Shown: piece after piece, positions 27,158-37,011 of the stretch
Layout of the letters: every line of letters begins with the position of its first letter
Position numbering within the stretch: position 1 is the first letter of the stretch
Assembly: GCA_030765685.1 (NCBI GenBank)
Contig: JAVCCB010000085.1
Coordinates: 1 to 63,029, forward strand
Length of the DNA stretch: 63,029 nt
Reading direction: 5' to 3'
Source: Candidatus Tantalella remota
GTDB taxonomy: Bacteria > Omnitrophota > Gorgyraeia > Tantalellales > Tantalellaceae
Translations under genes and position numbers: made by a program
Notes under the pieces: model-generated
What the model was told of the DNA's origin: nothing
Database searches by the model: none
What the model saw: only the letters and a program-made list of their open reading frames with translations

Positions 27158-27199
27158 CAAAAGATACCTTAATGATATCATTAAGGTATCTTTTGTCAA
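27158..27199 (-). promoter_or_regulatory. Perfect 38-bp palindrome containing operator/promoter site 3
   Basis: CAAAAGATACCTTAATGAT|ATCATTAAGGTATCTTTTG, then TCAA forming the -35. Confidence 0.75.
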
Positions 27200-27244
27200 T
27201 AAGGAAACTTTGCCGGTGAAGTGGTATTCTCAGGGAAGAACCTT

Positions 27245-28786
27245 TTACGCCACAAAAAGGCTTGTTGTGGCAAAGTTAGGTTCGGCTGTGAGATTGATCC
27301 CAAGCTTGCGAAGGCCTGCCTCATCACCCGGAGTCGGCATATGCGTGAGATGGACATCACAGCCTCGCAGGTCTTTGAGTTTTTTCATGGCAAGCTGGGC
27401 TGTAAGATTCGTAGCCGCGCTTATACTGAGAGCTATGAGGGTCTCCTCCACATCAAGACTGATGGTCTTGCTGTTAGATAAACCTTCTTTCATTTTTCCG
27501 ATAGACTCTATTGTAGCCGGTGATAAGAGATGTATCTTGTCCGGAAGATCCGCCAGGGTCTTTGCCGCGTTCAGGACAAGGCTCGAAGAAGCGTGAAGTA
27601 TCGGTGAATTCTTTCCCTTTACTATGGTCCCATCGGAAAGCTGTATAGCCGCGCCGCAAAATATACCGTCATGCCCCTGTCCTTTCTTCTGGCCTTCCTG
27701 CATAGCTTCTCTCGCCGGAGCTACCACCGCCCTATCTTCAGGTTTCATGTTGATGCTCTCGACAAGGAGTTTCGCGCGATCCACCGTCTCCTTATCCACA
27801 AAACCCATGGCATATTCGCAGGAGTACCGGAAATATCTTCTTATTATCTCCTGCTTCGCGGCGGCGGCCACCACAGCATCGTCCACTATACCGAAACCGG
27901 CGCGGTTAACGCCCATGTCGGTCGGGGATTTGTATACTGTGTCTTCCCCCATTATCCTCTCGAGTATCCTTCTCAGAAGCGGGAAAGCGTCCACGTCGCG
28001 GTTGTAGTTGATAGACGTCTCCCCGTACGCCTCAAGATGGAACGGATCGATCAAGTTGAAGTCCCTCATCTCGGCCGTGGCAGCCTCATAAGCGACGTTC
28101 ACCGGATGCTTAAGCGGAATGCTCCAGATGGGAAAAGTCTCGAACTTGGAATACCCCACATTAACGCCTCTTTTATGTTCGTGGTACACCTGCGAAAGGC
28201 TGGTAGCAAGCTTCCCGCTTCCGGGGCCCGGTCCCGTTACCACAACCAGAGGTTTTGTGGTCTCTATGTATTCGTTCGCCCCGTAACCTTCATCGCTTAC
28301 GATAAGGTCCACATCCGTCGGATACCCTTTAGTGAACCTGTGCGTATACACTTTCACGCCGCGCCTCTCAAGCTTGTTCTTGAATATCTTCGCGGACGGC
28401 TGGTCCTCGAACCGGGTTATGACGACTCCCGCGAGTGCGAGGCCTCTCGACCTCAGTTCGTCTATCATCCTCAGAGCGTCAGAATCATAGGTTATACCAA
28501 AATCCGCACGCATCTTCTTTTTTTCTATATCACCCGCGTATATGCACATAATTATCTCAGCTTTGTCGGCCAGCTTCTGGAGAAGCTGCATCTTAACGTC
28601 CGGAGCAAATCCTGGCAGGACCCTGGAAGCATGGAAATCGTACACTATCTTCCCTCCAAATTCCAGATAGAGTTTATCCCCGTACTGCTTTACCCTTTCG
28701 AGTATTGCCACTGACTGTTCTTCCAGGTACTTCGCGTTGTCAAAACCCACTTTGTATATGGATTTCTTCTTTGCTATAACCGACAT
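27245..28786 (-). CDS. DUF1846 P-loop protein
   Basis: [38 protein letters not shown]. Confidence 0.92.
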   Translation of the reverse strand: MSVIAKKKSIYKVGFDNAKYLEEQSVAILERVKQYGDKLYLEFGGKIVYDFHASRVLPGFAPDVKMQLLQKLADKAEIIMCIYAGDIEKKKMRADFGITYDSDALRMIDELRSRGLALAGVVITRFEDQPSAKIFKNKLERRGVKVYTHRFTKGYPTDVDLIVSDEGYGANEYIETTKPLVVVTGPGPGSGKLATSLSQVYHEHKRGVNVGYSKFETFPIWSIPLKHPVNVAYEAATAEMRDFNLIDPFHLEAYGETSINYNRDVDAFPLLRRILERIMGEDTVYKSPTDMGVNRAGFGIVDDAVVAAAAKQEIIRRYFRYSCEYAMGFVDKETVDRAKLLVESINMKPEDRAVVAPAREAMQEGQKKGQGHDGIFCGAAIQLSDGTIVKGKNSPILHASSSLVLNAAKTLADLPDKIHLLSPATIESIGKMKEGLSNSKTISLDVEETLIALSISAATNLTAQLAMKKLKDLRGCDVHLTHMPTPGDEAGLRKLGINLTAEPNFATTSLFVA

Positions 28787-28814
28787 TTTTACCTCCGAGT
28801 TATTAATATTTTTA

Positions 28815-30263
28815 TCAGTTTTTTTTCGCATCGGCACATTCCGCGCATTTTTTTGCCACGCCTGAGGAAGGACATTCACCCGTCCAGCAGAAAGTACACA
28901 GTTTTTCTTTCGACAACCCCACCGCTTCCAGCATATCTTCCAGCGTCTGATATCTCAAAGTGGTGACGTCAAGGTCTTTACGGATCCACTCCACCATCTT
29001 TTCGTATTTGGGCGAATCGCTGTCGATGTATTCTGATACGTCATCAATGTCATGCCCTTCGATATCTCGTATGGCTTTTCTCGCGGCAAGCTCGTCTATG
29101 CTGCGCGTAGAAAGACAGAACTTACAGGGAAACATCAGCGGCGGACATGCCGGACGTACATGTATCTCTTTCGCGCCGCAATTCCACAGTTTGTTCACCG
29201 TGAAGTTCTTAAGCTGCGTGCCACGGACAATAGAATCCTCGCAAACAACAATACTGTTCCCGTCTATGACTTCCTTGATGGGTATCAGCTTCATGGTCGC
29301 GATAAGATCCCTTGTCTCCTGAGAAGGAGGCGTATAGCTGCGTCCATACCCGGGAGTATACTTAGCCAGAGGCCTTCTCAGAGGCTTGCCTGATTCCATC
29401 GCGTAACCGAGAGCGTGGCCCATGCCCGAGTCCGGAACGCCGGAGACAAGGTCTACATTTATATCCTTATCCCTTTTTGCCAGCGCACCACCGCATCTTT
29501 CCCTGACGGTTTCCGTGTTGATCCCTTCGTAATCCGACGCGGGGAATCCGGTATAGATCCAGAGGAACGTACATATCTGCTCGTCGTCTCGGCCCGGTTT
29601 TTTCTGCTCAGAGCCTTTCTCTGTCACAAGAACTATCTCACCGGGTTTAAGGTCCTTCACAGTTTCGAACCTGTTATTCGGGAAAGCCGTCGTCTCGGCC
29701 GTGATCGCCCATTCATCGTCTTTCTTTCCTATAATGAGCGGCGTATACCCCCATTTATCCCTGGCGGCATATATTCCGTCCTTATTGAGCAGAAGCAGCG
29801 AACATGATCCTTCTATCAGGTCGTAGATCTTCTCTATGCCGCTTATGAGATCTTCTCCCTGGTTTATGATCTTTGCTATAAGTTCGGTAACGTTAACCGA
29901 ACCCGCACTCATCTCGCTGAAGGACACACCTTCGGCCAGGAGCTTCTTGGCCAACTCGTCCGCATTCTCGATCAGCCCGCTGGTGACTATACAGAACGGA
30001 CCGAACTTGGAATTCAGGTACATCGGTTGCTCAGAGCTGTCTGAGATAACGCCTATTCCCTTATTTCCCGACATCCGGGCACAGTCCTCATAGAACTTGG
30101 ATTTGAACTGGCTCTGGCTGATATCGTGTATCTGCCGCTGGAAATCATCGCCCAGAACCGCTACACCTCCAAATTCCGTGCCAAGATGCGAATGATAGTC
30201 CGTTCCATACAACAGAGTTTTAGTACAGTCCTCTTTAGCTACCACACCAAATATACCGCTCAT
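28815..30263 (-). CDS. purF: Amidophosphoribosyltransferase-like protein (N-terminal Cys replaced by Ser)
   Basis: Ntn domain [25 protein letters not shown] loop, ACPP, C-terminal CTFCWTGEC. Confidence 0.85.
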   Translation of the reverse strand: MSGIFGVVAKEDCTKTLLYGTDYHSHLGTEFGGVAVLGDDFQRQIHDISQSQFKSKFYEDCARMSGNKGIGVISDSSEQPMYLNSKFGPFCIVTSGLIENADELAKKLLAEGVSFSEMSAGSVNVTELIAKIINQGEDLISGIEKIYDLIEGSCSLLLLNKDGIYAARDKWGYTPLIIGKKDDEWAITAETTAFPNNRFETVKDLKPGEIVLVTEKGSEQKKPGRDDEQICTFLWIYTGFPASDYEGINTETVRERCGGALAKRDKDINVDLVSGVPDSGMGHALGYAMESGKPLRRPLAKYTPGYGRSYTPPSQETRDLIATMKLIPIKEVIDGNSIVVCEDSIVRGTQLKNFTVNKLWNCGAKEIHVRPACPPLMFPCKFCLSTRSIDELAARKAIRDIEGHDIDDVSEYIDSDSPKYEKMVEWIRKDLDVTTLRYQTLEDMLEAVGLSKEKLCTFCWTGECPSSGVAKKCAECADAKKN

Positions 30264-30273
30264 TTTTCTCTCC

Positions 30274-33200
30274 TTAGGTTATTCCTGCAATTTCATTGCT
30301 TTCTTTATAGTACTCCTGCAACGATTTTGGCGGTATCTGGTCACTTTTTTTCGCTGCTTCAATACCGGATACGCTGGCTTCGGCCGCCGCGACTGACGTT
30401 ACATACGGCACCTTTCGCTGTATCGCCATCATGCGTATATAGCTGTCGTCGTGTTTGCTTTCCTTGCCTATCGGGGTATTGATGATAAGCTGGAGTTCGT
30501 TATTCTTTATCGCATCAGAGATATTAGGCCTGCCTTCATGCAGTTTCTTGATCTCTGTATTCGCGACCTTGTTCTCGCTCAAGAATTTACTGGTACCCTT
30601 TGTGGCGAAGATATTAAACCCCATATCCCCTATCCTCTTCGCGAGAGAAAGAACCGATGTCCTGTCCTTGTTCGCTACCGTAAGAAGCACATTGCCTTTA
30701 ACGGGCAGTTTCGCCCCCGCCGCCTCCTGCGCCTTGTAAAAGGCAAGCTCGAACGAATCCGCGACTCCCATGACCTCTCCAGTCGCCCTCATCTCGGGTC
30801 CGAGCAGAGGATCCACTTCCGGGAACATATTGAACGGAAAGACAGCTTCTTTTACTCCGTTAAAATATACGCGCATGTCCTTTACCTCGGGAAAATCGCT
30901 TATCTTTTTACCCATCAGGACCTGCGTCGCTATTCTCGCTATCGGGACTCCCGTGACCTTAGATACGATCGGCACGGTACGGGACGCCCTCGGGTTAGCT
31001 TCAAGAATATAGACCGTATCATCACAGATCGCGTACTGTATGTTCATAAGACCCACGACCTTCAGCTCTTTTGCTATAGCCTTCGTGTACTCGTCTATCT
31101 TTTTCAGGTGTTCCTCTTTTATCGTCCTGGTAGGAATAGAACATGCCGAATCTCCCGAATGCACGCCGGCAAGCTCTATATGCTCCATGACCGAAGCAAC
31201 AAATGTCTCTTCGCCGTCGGACAAAGCGTCCACCTCGGCTTCGACCGCCTGCTCAAGAAACCTGTCTATGAGCATGGGGTGTTCCGGGCTGACGTTTATA
31301 GCTTCGAGCGCGTATTTTTTAAGCGACTTCTCGTCGTAGATGATCTCCATACCGCGTCCGCCAAGGACATAGGACGGCCTCACCATGAGGGGAAAACCTA
31401 TTTTCTCCGCAATCTCTATCGCTTCGTCAAGAGACCTGGCTGTCCCGCTCTCCGGCTGAGGTATACCCAGCTCTATCATCTTCTCCCGAAACCTTTCGCG
31501 ATCCTCCGCGAAATCTATACTTTCAGGGGACGTCCCGAATATCTTCACGCCGTTTTCTTTAAGCTCCTGCGCCAGGTTTAGCGGCGTCTGCCCGCCGAAC
31601 TGCACTATCGCGCCTTCGGGTTTTTCTTTTTCGTAAATAGCCAGGACATCTTCGACCGTCAGCGGCTCAAAATAAAGCTTGTCAGACGTGTCGTAATCGG
31701 TTGATACTGTCTCCGGATTACAGTTCACCATGATAGATTCGTATCCTTCGTCGCGCAGGGCGAATGCGGCATGTACACAGGTGTAATCGAACTCTATCCC
31801 CTGCCCTATCCTGTTCGGTCCGCCGCCCAGGATCATGATCTTCTTGTTCTTACTCACCGGAACTTCATCTTTTATGTCCTTGTACGTCGAATAGTAATAC
31901 GCCGCGTTCTCTATACCGCTCACGGGAACAGCTTCGTACCTGGCAGTTATTCCCATCGATTTTCTTTTTTCTCTCACCTCTTTTTCAGATACGTCGTAGA
32001 TGCCCGCGAGATATTTGTCGGAGAAACCCCACTCTTTCGCTTTCGCGAGCTGCTCTTTTGCAAGGTCCGTCCACTTTACTTTCGAGATCTCCTCCTCATA
32101 TTCGACAAGCTCCTTCATCTCATTGAGAAACCATTTCCCAATATGGGTCGTCTCATAAAGATCTTCCACACTCATCCCTTTGCGCAAAGCTTCGTATATT
32201 AGGAAGATCCGTTCGCTTGACGGATTGGAGATCTTCTGTTTGATCTCATCGAGCGAAAGTTCTTTGAAATCTTTCGCGCCGCCGAGACCGTAGCGCTTGA
32301 TCTCGAGGGAACGTATGGATTTCTGGAAAGATTCCTTAAAAGTCTTGGCGAGGCTCATTACCTCCCCCACAGCTTTCATCTGTGTTCCGAGTATATCTTT
32401 CGCCTGTGAAAATTTTTCAAAAGCCCACCGCGCGAACTTGATAACTACGTAATCTCCGCTTGGTGTGTATTTCTCGAGGGTGCCATCACGCCAGTAAGGT
32501 ATCTCATCCATTGTGAGCCCCGCGGCCAGTTTTGTGGATATGCGTGCTATCGGGAATCCCGTAGCTTTTGACGCCAGCGCGGAGGACCGGGACGTGCGAG
32601 GGTTGATCTCTATAACTACCAGTCGATCATCCTCGAGATTATGGGCAAACTGCACGTTGGTTCCGCCGATAACACCTATGGCGTCGACTATCCTATAGGA
32701 AGCTTCCTGCATCCTATCCTGAAGCTCCTGCGGTACTGTAAGCATCGGCGCGGAACAGAAACTGTCACCTGTATGAACGCCCATCGGATCTATGTTCTCG
32801 ATAAAGCACACCGTTATCTTCTGGTTCTTATGGTCCCTGACGACTTCGAGTTCAAGCTCTTCCCATCCCAGGACTGATTCTTCTATCAGGACCTGGTGAA
32901 CGATACTTACATTGAGTCCGCGGGTCGCGATCGTACGCAACTCTTCCTGGTTGTACGCGATCCCTCCCCCGGTCCCGCCCATCGTGTACGCGGGCCTTAT
33001 TACCACGGGAAAACCAAGATCTCCGGCGACTTTTTCACATTCTTCAAGCGTATTGCAAGTCTGCGACTTCGGTACTTCCAGACCCAACTTAGCCATCGTT
33101 TCCTTGAAGGCCAGGCGGTCTTCGCCACGCTCAATAGCATCCTCTTTTACGCCGATTATTTCCACGCCATATTTTTTCAGGATCCCTTCTTTGCTGAGAG

Positions 33201-33501
33201 CAGAAGACAGGTTAAGGCCCGTCTGCCCTCCGAGATTCGGAAGAAGCGCGTCGGGTTTTTCTTTCTTAATTATTTTTTCAATACTTTCAACGGTAAGAGG
33301 CTCTATGTATGTCTTATGGGCCATGCCCGGGTCGGTCATTATCGTAGCAGGATTAGAATTTACAAGAACGACTTCGTATCCCTCTTCTTTGAGGGCTTTA
33401 CAGGCCTGCGTCCCTGAATAATCGAACTCACACGCCTGACCGATTATTATCGGACCGGATCCTATGATCAGTACTTTATTAATATTTTCGAGCTTTGGCA
33501 T
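30274..33501 (-). CDS. carB: Carbamoyl-phosphate synthase large subunit
   Basis: IIGSGPIIIGQACEFDYSG, GPNRIGQGIEFDY, MGS domain. Confidence 0.97.
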   Translation of the reverse strand: MPKLENINKVLIIGSGPIIIGQACEFDYSGTQACKALKEEGYEVVLVNSNPATIMTDPGMAHKTYIEPLTVESIEKIIKKEKPDALLPNLGGQTGLNLSSALSKEGILKKYGVEIIGVKEDAIERGEDRLAFKETMAKLGLEVPKSQTCNTLEECEKVAGDLGFPVVIRPAYTMGGTGGGIAYNQEELRTIATRGLNVSIVHQVLIEESVLGWEELELEVVRDHKNQKITVCFIENIDPMGVHTGDSFCSAPMLTVPQELQDRMQEASYRIVDAIGVIGGTNVQFAHNLEDDRLVVIEINPRTSRSSALASKATGFPIARISTKLAAGLTMDEIPYWRDGTLEKYTPSGDYVVIKFARWAFEKFSQAKDILGTQMKAVGEVMSLAKTFKESFQKSIRSLEIKRYGLGGAKDFKELSLDEIKQKISNPSSERIFLIYEALRKGMSVEDLYETTHIGKWFLNEMKELVEYEEEISKVKWTDLAKEQLAKAKEWGFSDKYLAGIYDVSEKEVREKRKSMGITARYEAVPVSGIENAAYYYSTYKDIKDEVPVSKNKKIMILGGGPNRIGQGIEFDYTCVHAAFALRDEGYESIMVNCNPETVSTDYDTSDKLYFEPLTVEDVLAIYEKEKPEGAIVQFGGQTPLNLAQELKENGVKIFGTSPESIDFAEDRERFREKMIELGIPQPESGTARSLDEAIEIAEKIGFPLMVRPSYVLGGRGMEIIYDEKSLKKYALEAINVSPEHPMLIDRFLEQAVEAEVDALSDGEETFVASVMEHIELAGVHSGDSACSIPTRTIKEEHLKKIDEYTKAIAKELKVVGLMNIQYAICDDTVYILEANPRASRTVPIVSKVTGVPIARIATQVLMGKKISDFPEVKDMRVYFNGVKEAVFPFNMFPEVDPLLGPEMRATGEVMGVADSFELAFYKAQEAAGAKLPVKGNVLLTVANKDRTSVLSLAKRIGDMGFNIFATKGTSKFLSENKVANTEIKKLHEGRPNISDAIKNNELQLIINTPIGKESKHDDSYIRMMAIQRKVPYVTSVAAAEASVSGIEAAKKSDQIPPKSLQEYYKESNEIAGIT

Positions 33502-33533
33502 TTCTCCTCCTTTGTGGGGACAAACCATAAAAG

Positions 33534-33574
33534 ATAACGGACGACCCCGCGTTGCCCGCGGAACCGTCCGTTAT
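33534..33574 (-). terminator. Terminator hairpin in the carB leader
   Basis: ATAACGGACG...CGTCCGTTAT 10-bp stem with inner CCGCG/CGCGG, followed by CTTTT. Confidence 0.55.
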
Positions 33575-33668
33575 TAATTTTTTATGTCCTGATCCGTATG
33601 CATTACTTCATCGTAATTTTCTCCCCTACCCATGGCACCCTTGTCGTCACGTCCCCATAACAAAAGGT

Positions 33669-33697
33669 ATTGTACAGTATTTAGGTAATTCTTGCAA
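33669..33697 (-). promoter_or_regulatory. Sigma70-type promoter for carB
   Basis: TTGCAA-17-TACAAT. Confidence 0.55.
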
Positions 33698-33744
33698 GGA
33701 TATCATGCGATACACGCCTCATGGGGATTTTCGATAGATAGGAA

Positions 33745-34851
33745 TTATGACTTGCTGAGCTCTTCCGACGCTTCTTCGACTATTTCGTCTATAAGCTCTT
33801 TAACCAGGACTATTTTCTTTATTCTTGAGACATTGGTGCCGGCGAAGACCACCGCGTTGTCGATGTCCCCTTCCGCGGCATCTATAAGGCCTTTGGCTAT
33901 GCAATACTGAACGGTAGCGGGGTCACAGGTCCTCAAGCATTGATAGTTGCAGTCAAAATCTTTTCTCTCACCGCGAAGGATGTCATCAAGAAACTTTGTC
34001 CTTATTGCCTTTGCCGGCATGCCCACCGGACTTTGTATGACAACCAGGTCATCCCCGTCCGAGTCGAGATAAAGCTGCTTAAACTCCTCGGCCACCGTAC
34101 ATTCTTCGGTAGCGACGAATCTGGACCCTATCTGCACCCCTTTCGCGCCGAGCTTCAAAAAACGGGCTACGTCCTTGCCATCGAAAACGCCGCCAGCCGC
34201 TATGACGGGAATACTGACGCCGTACTTTTCTTCATATTCACCGACAAGTTCCAGAACTTCTTTTACCGCGTTCTCTAACAAGGGCTCCTCCCGCATCGTA
34301 TCTATCTGGGCTTTCAGATCTTCCAGGCTGTACCCGGCTATATGTCCGCCGGATAGCGGCCCCTCAACGATAATAGCGTCAGGGAAACGGTTATATCTCC
34401 TGTACCAGGTCTTCAGGAGAAGCTTCCCCCCACGTGCCGAAGCTATAATGGGGATAAGTTTTGCTGATGACCCTTCGGCATATTCCGGAAGGCTGATCGG
34501 AAGCCCCGCACCGGAGATAATATAATCCGTCCCCTCTTTTGCGGCAGTCCTGGCCAGGTCCTCGTAATTACTCAGAGCCACCATTATATTCATTCCGATG
34601 ACCCCGCTTGAGAGCTCTTTCCCCAGCCTTATTTCTTTTTTAAGATACTCCCGGCAGGACTTGGGCACATCCGCGCGGTTCTCGGGCGTATCCGGAGGAA
34701 GTCCAACACTGGCTATAGTACCTCCCCCTCCGCAATCCGCCACCGCGGCTGCCAAAGGCGCCATACTGACCCTGACACCCATCCCCCCCTGTATAATGGG
34801 GACTTTGAGCTCAAGATCGCCTATTATTAATGGTTTTAAAATATTTTTCAT
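33745..34851 (-). CDS. Nitronate monooxygenase / FabK-like flavoenzyme
   Basis: PIIQGGMGVRVS, EGPLSGGH, PVIAAGG, GVQIGSRF. Confidence 0.9.
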   Translation of the reverse strand: MKNILKPLIIGDLELKVPIIQGGMGVRVSMAPLAAAVADCGGGGTIASVGLPPDTPENRADVPKSCREYLKKEIRLGKELSSGVIGMNIMVALSNYEDLARTAAKEGTDYIISGAGLPISLPEYAEGSSAKLIPIIASARGGKLLLKTWYRRYNRFPDAIIVEGPLSGGHIAGYSLEDLKAQIDTMREEPLLENAVKEVLELVGEYEEKYGVSIPVIAAGGVFDGKDVARFLKLGAKGVQIGSRFVATEECTVAEEFKQLYLDSDGDDLVVIQSPVGMPAKAIRTKFLDDILRGERKDFDCNYQCLRTCDPATVQYCIAKGLIDAAEGDIDNAVVFAGTNVSRIKKIVLVKELIDEIVEEASEELSKS

Positions 34852-34998
34852 AATTATTGTTTGCCGCTTATAAAAAAGATACGCTTATTCTACACTAAAA
34901 CGCTGTCCATTCCAAGCCGTATTATACTCTCGAATACCGGACAAATCAACTGTTTAAAATATCGCTTCCCTAGGGGGTTATTGACGCAACTGATCTTT

Positions 34999-35319
34999 TC
35001 ACCCATCCAGAAGAGCGACCACGTAAACGTATTTCAGGGGGACACCACCCGTATTCTTCACGTTGTGTTTTGTCCCCCGGGGGATATAGACCAGCTCCTT
35101 TTCCTCTATCTGGATATTTCCCGTACCCTCGCAGAATATCTCTCCCTGCCCTTCAAGGACTATGATCGCCTCTTCCCTGGCCTCAGCGATGTGCTCGCCA
35201 ACGGATTCTCCGGGCTGAAGGACAACACTTCCCGACTTCATCCTGACAGTTTCGGGTGGACCGGACAAGAGACGCTGGTATTTTTCTTCACCTGTTATGC
35301 TGACTTTTAAAACTTCCAT
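34999..35319 (-). CDS. Cupin domain protein
   Basis: LQPGESVGEH...YIPRGTKHNVKNTG. Confidence 0.88.
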   Translation of the reverse strand: MEVLKVSITGEEKYQRLLSGPPETVRMKSGSVVLQPGESVGEHIAEAREEAIIVLEGQGEIFCEGTGNIQIEEKELVYIPRGTKHNVKNTGGVPLKYVYVVALLDG

Positions 35320-35333
35320 TAAGGCTCTCCTGA

Positions 35334-36074
35334 TCATTTCTGGTTTATAAGTGACGCGCTATACCCGGCTCCGAAACCGTTATCCACATTGACTACCGTG
35401 ACTCCCGGCGCGCAGCTGTTGAGCATAGCAAGAAGCGGCGCGAGTCCCTGAAAATTGGCACCATAGCCTACGCTCGTCGGGACCGCTATGACCGGCCGGC
35501 TTACCATACCTCCCACTATACTCGGCAAAGCGCCGTCCATCCCCGCGACGACTATGACGACATTCGCTTTCTGCAGTTTCTTGCGATTCGAAAACAAACG
35601 GTGTATCCCCGCGACGCCTATGTCGTATACGCGGTCGACCCTGTTCCCCATTATCTCGGCGGTAACGGCGGCCTCTTCCGCTACAGGTATATCCGCGGTG
35701 CCGGCAGAAACCACCATAACGGTCTTCCCTGACACTTTTTTCTTTTTCCCCGCGATGATTATTCCCGCTTCCTCGTAGTAAACCGCGTCTTCCCGTATTT
35801 CTTTCACAGCCGCGTATATCTCCCCTGACGCCCTGGTAGCCATAACAAGCCCTGCCGCTTTGCTTCTTTTAAATATACCGGATATCTGCTTAACACTTTT
35901 TCCTCGGCAAAATATGACTTCGGAAAAACCTTTTCTAAGATCCCTGTGTGAATCCAGCTTCGCGAATCCTATATCGTCATACGGAAAATTTTTCAAAGCG
36001 TCCATCCCTCCATCGACAGTAGTCTTTCCAGTTTTTACATCCTTAAGTATTTTTTTTATTTTTTTTATTTCCAT
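35334..36074 (-). CDS. larB: NPN cofactor biosynthesis carboxylase/hydrolase LarB
   Basis: AKLDSHRDLRKG, SAGTADIPVAEEA, AGMDGALPS, VDNGFGA. Confidence 0.93.
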   Translation of the reverse strand: MEIKKIKKILKDVKTGKTTVDGGMDALKNFPYDDIGFAKLDSHRDLRKGFSEVIFCRGKSVKQISGIFKRSKAAGLVMATRASGEIYAAVKEIREDAVYYEEAGIIIAGKKKKVSGKTVMVVSAGTADIPVAEEAAVTAEIMGNRVDRVYDIGVAGIHRLFSNRKKLQKANVVIVVAGMDGALPSIVGGMVSRPVIAVPTSVGYGANFQGLAPLLAMLNSCAPGVTVVNVDNGFGAGYSASLINQK

Positions 36075-36886
36075 GACAAATTTTCGTTCATACTGCCGGT
36101 CCTGTACCCCTCTATATCCACGGTTATGTACGAATACCCTATTTCTTTCATGTTCTTCACTATTTTTCCCCGTTCTCCTTTATTCAAGAACCGGGGCAGA
36201 TCGGCTTTGGGTACCTCTATCCTAGCTATATCCCCGTGCACCCTCACTCTCAGCTGTCCGAATCCAAGACCGGCTAGCATCTCCTCCGCCTGTGATACCT
36301 TAAGAAGTTCTTCTTCGGTTATCGCGGTCCCATAGGGGAACCTTGACGACAAACACGCAAAAGATGGCTTATTCCATGTCGAGAGACCCAGCTCTTTTGA
36401 AAAATGCCTTATTTCATCTTTTGTCATGCGGCTGTCCTGAAGAGGGCTTTTGACCCCGAGTTCTTTCACCGCCCTCATTCCGGGTCGAAAATCATCAAGA
36501 TCATCGAAATTAGAACCTTCCGAAACACAGTTCACACCGCGCCGGTTCGCCAATTCTATCAGCCTTGAGAACAATTCCTTCTTGCAATAGTAACATCTCT
36601 CGGGAGAGTTTGCCGCGAAATTCTCGTCTTTAAGCTCATCCGTAAAGATCTTTATCTGTTCTACCCCTAGCTCCTGACAGAGTTTTTCAGCCGCCTTCTC
36701 TTCTTTCTCGGGATAGGTGGCCGAAGACGCGGTAACCGCCAAAACTTTATCCCCAAGCACATCCAAGGCCGTTTTCAAAAGGAAAGTGCTGTCTACTCCT
36801 CCGGAAAAAGCGACAAGAGTGCTTCCCATCTCTTTCAATCTGCCCTTAAGGGCCTCATATTTCAATATAGCTTCTCGCTCCACCAT
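36065..36886 (-). CDS. larE: ATP-dependent sacrificial sulfur transferase LarE
   Basis: AFSGGVDS, RCYYCK, KPSFACLSSRFPYG, GYRTGSMN. Confidence 0.93.
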   Translation of the reverse strand: MVEREAILKYEALKGRLKEMGSTLVAFSGGVDSTFLLKTALDVLGDKVLAVTASSATYPEKEEKAAEKLCQELGVEQIKIFTDELKDENFAANSPERCYYCKKELFSRLIELANRRGVNCVSEGSNFDDLDDFRPGMRAVKELGVKSPLQDSRMTKDEIRHFSKELGLSTWNKPSFACLSSRFPYGTAITEEELLKVSQAEEMLAGLGFGQLRVRVHGDIARIEVPKADLPRFLNKGERGKIVKNMKEIGYSYITVDIEGYRTGSMNENLSWK

Positions 36887-37011
36887 GGAAATATCATACA
36901 TTCTTTGCGAAAAATAGTAAAGAACTGCCTTTTTAAGCATAGTAGCCTTTTTCCTTTCAATATACTCCAAAGTCGTTATATAATATCGTTTGTATTTCAG
37001 AAGGAGGAATC

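Noticed and set aside
27671-28714. Long antisense ORFs (347 aa here; 376 aa at 30451-31581; others)
   Set aside because: Shadows of well-conserved genes on the opposite strand, with no motifs or RBS.
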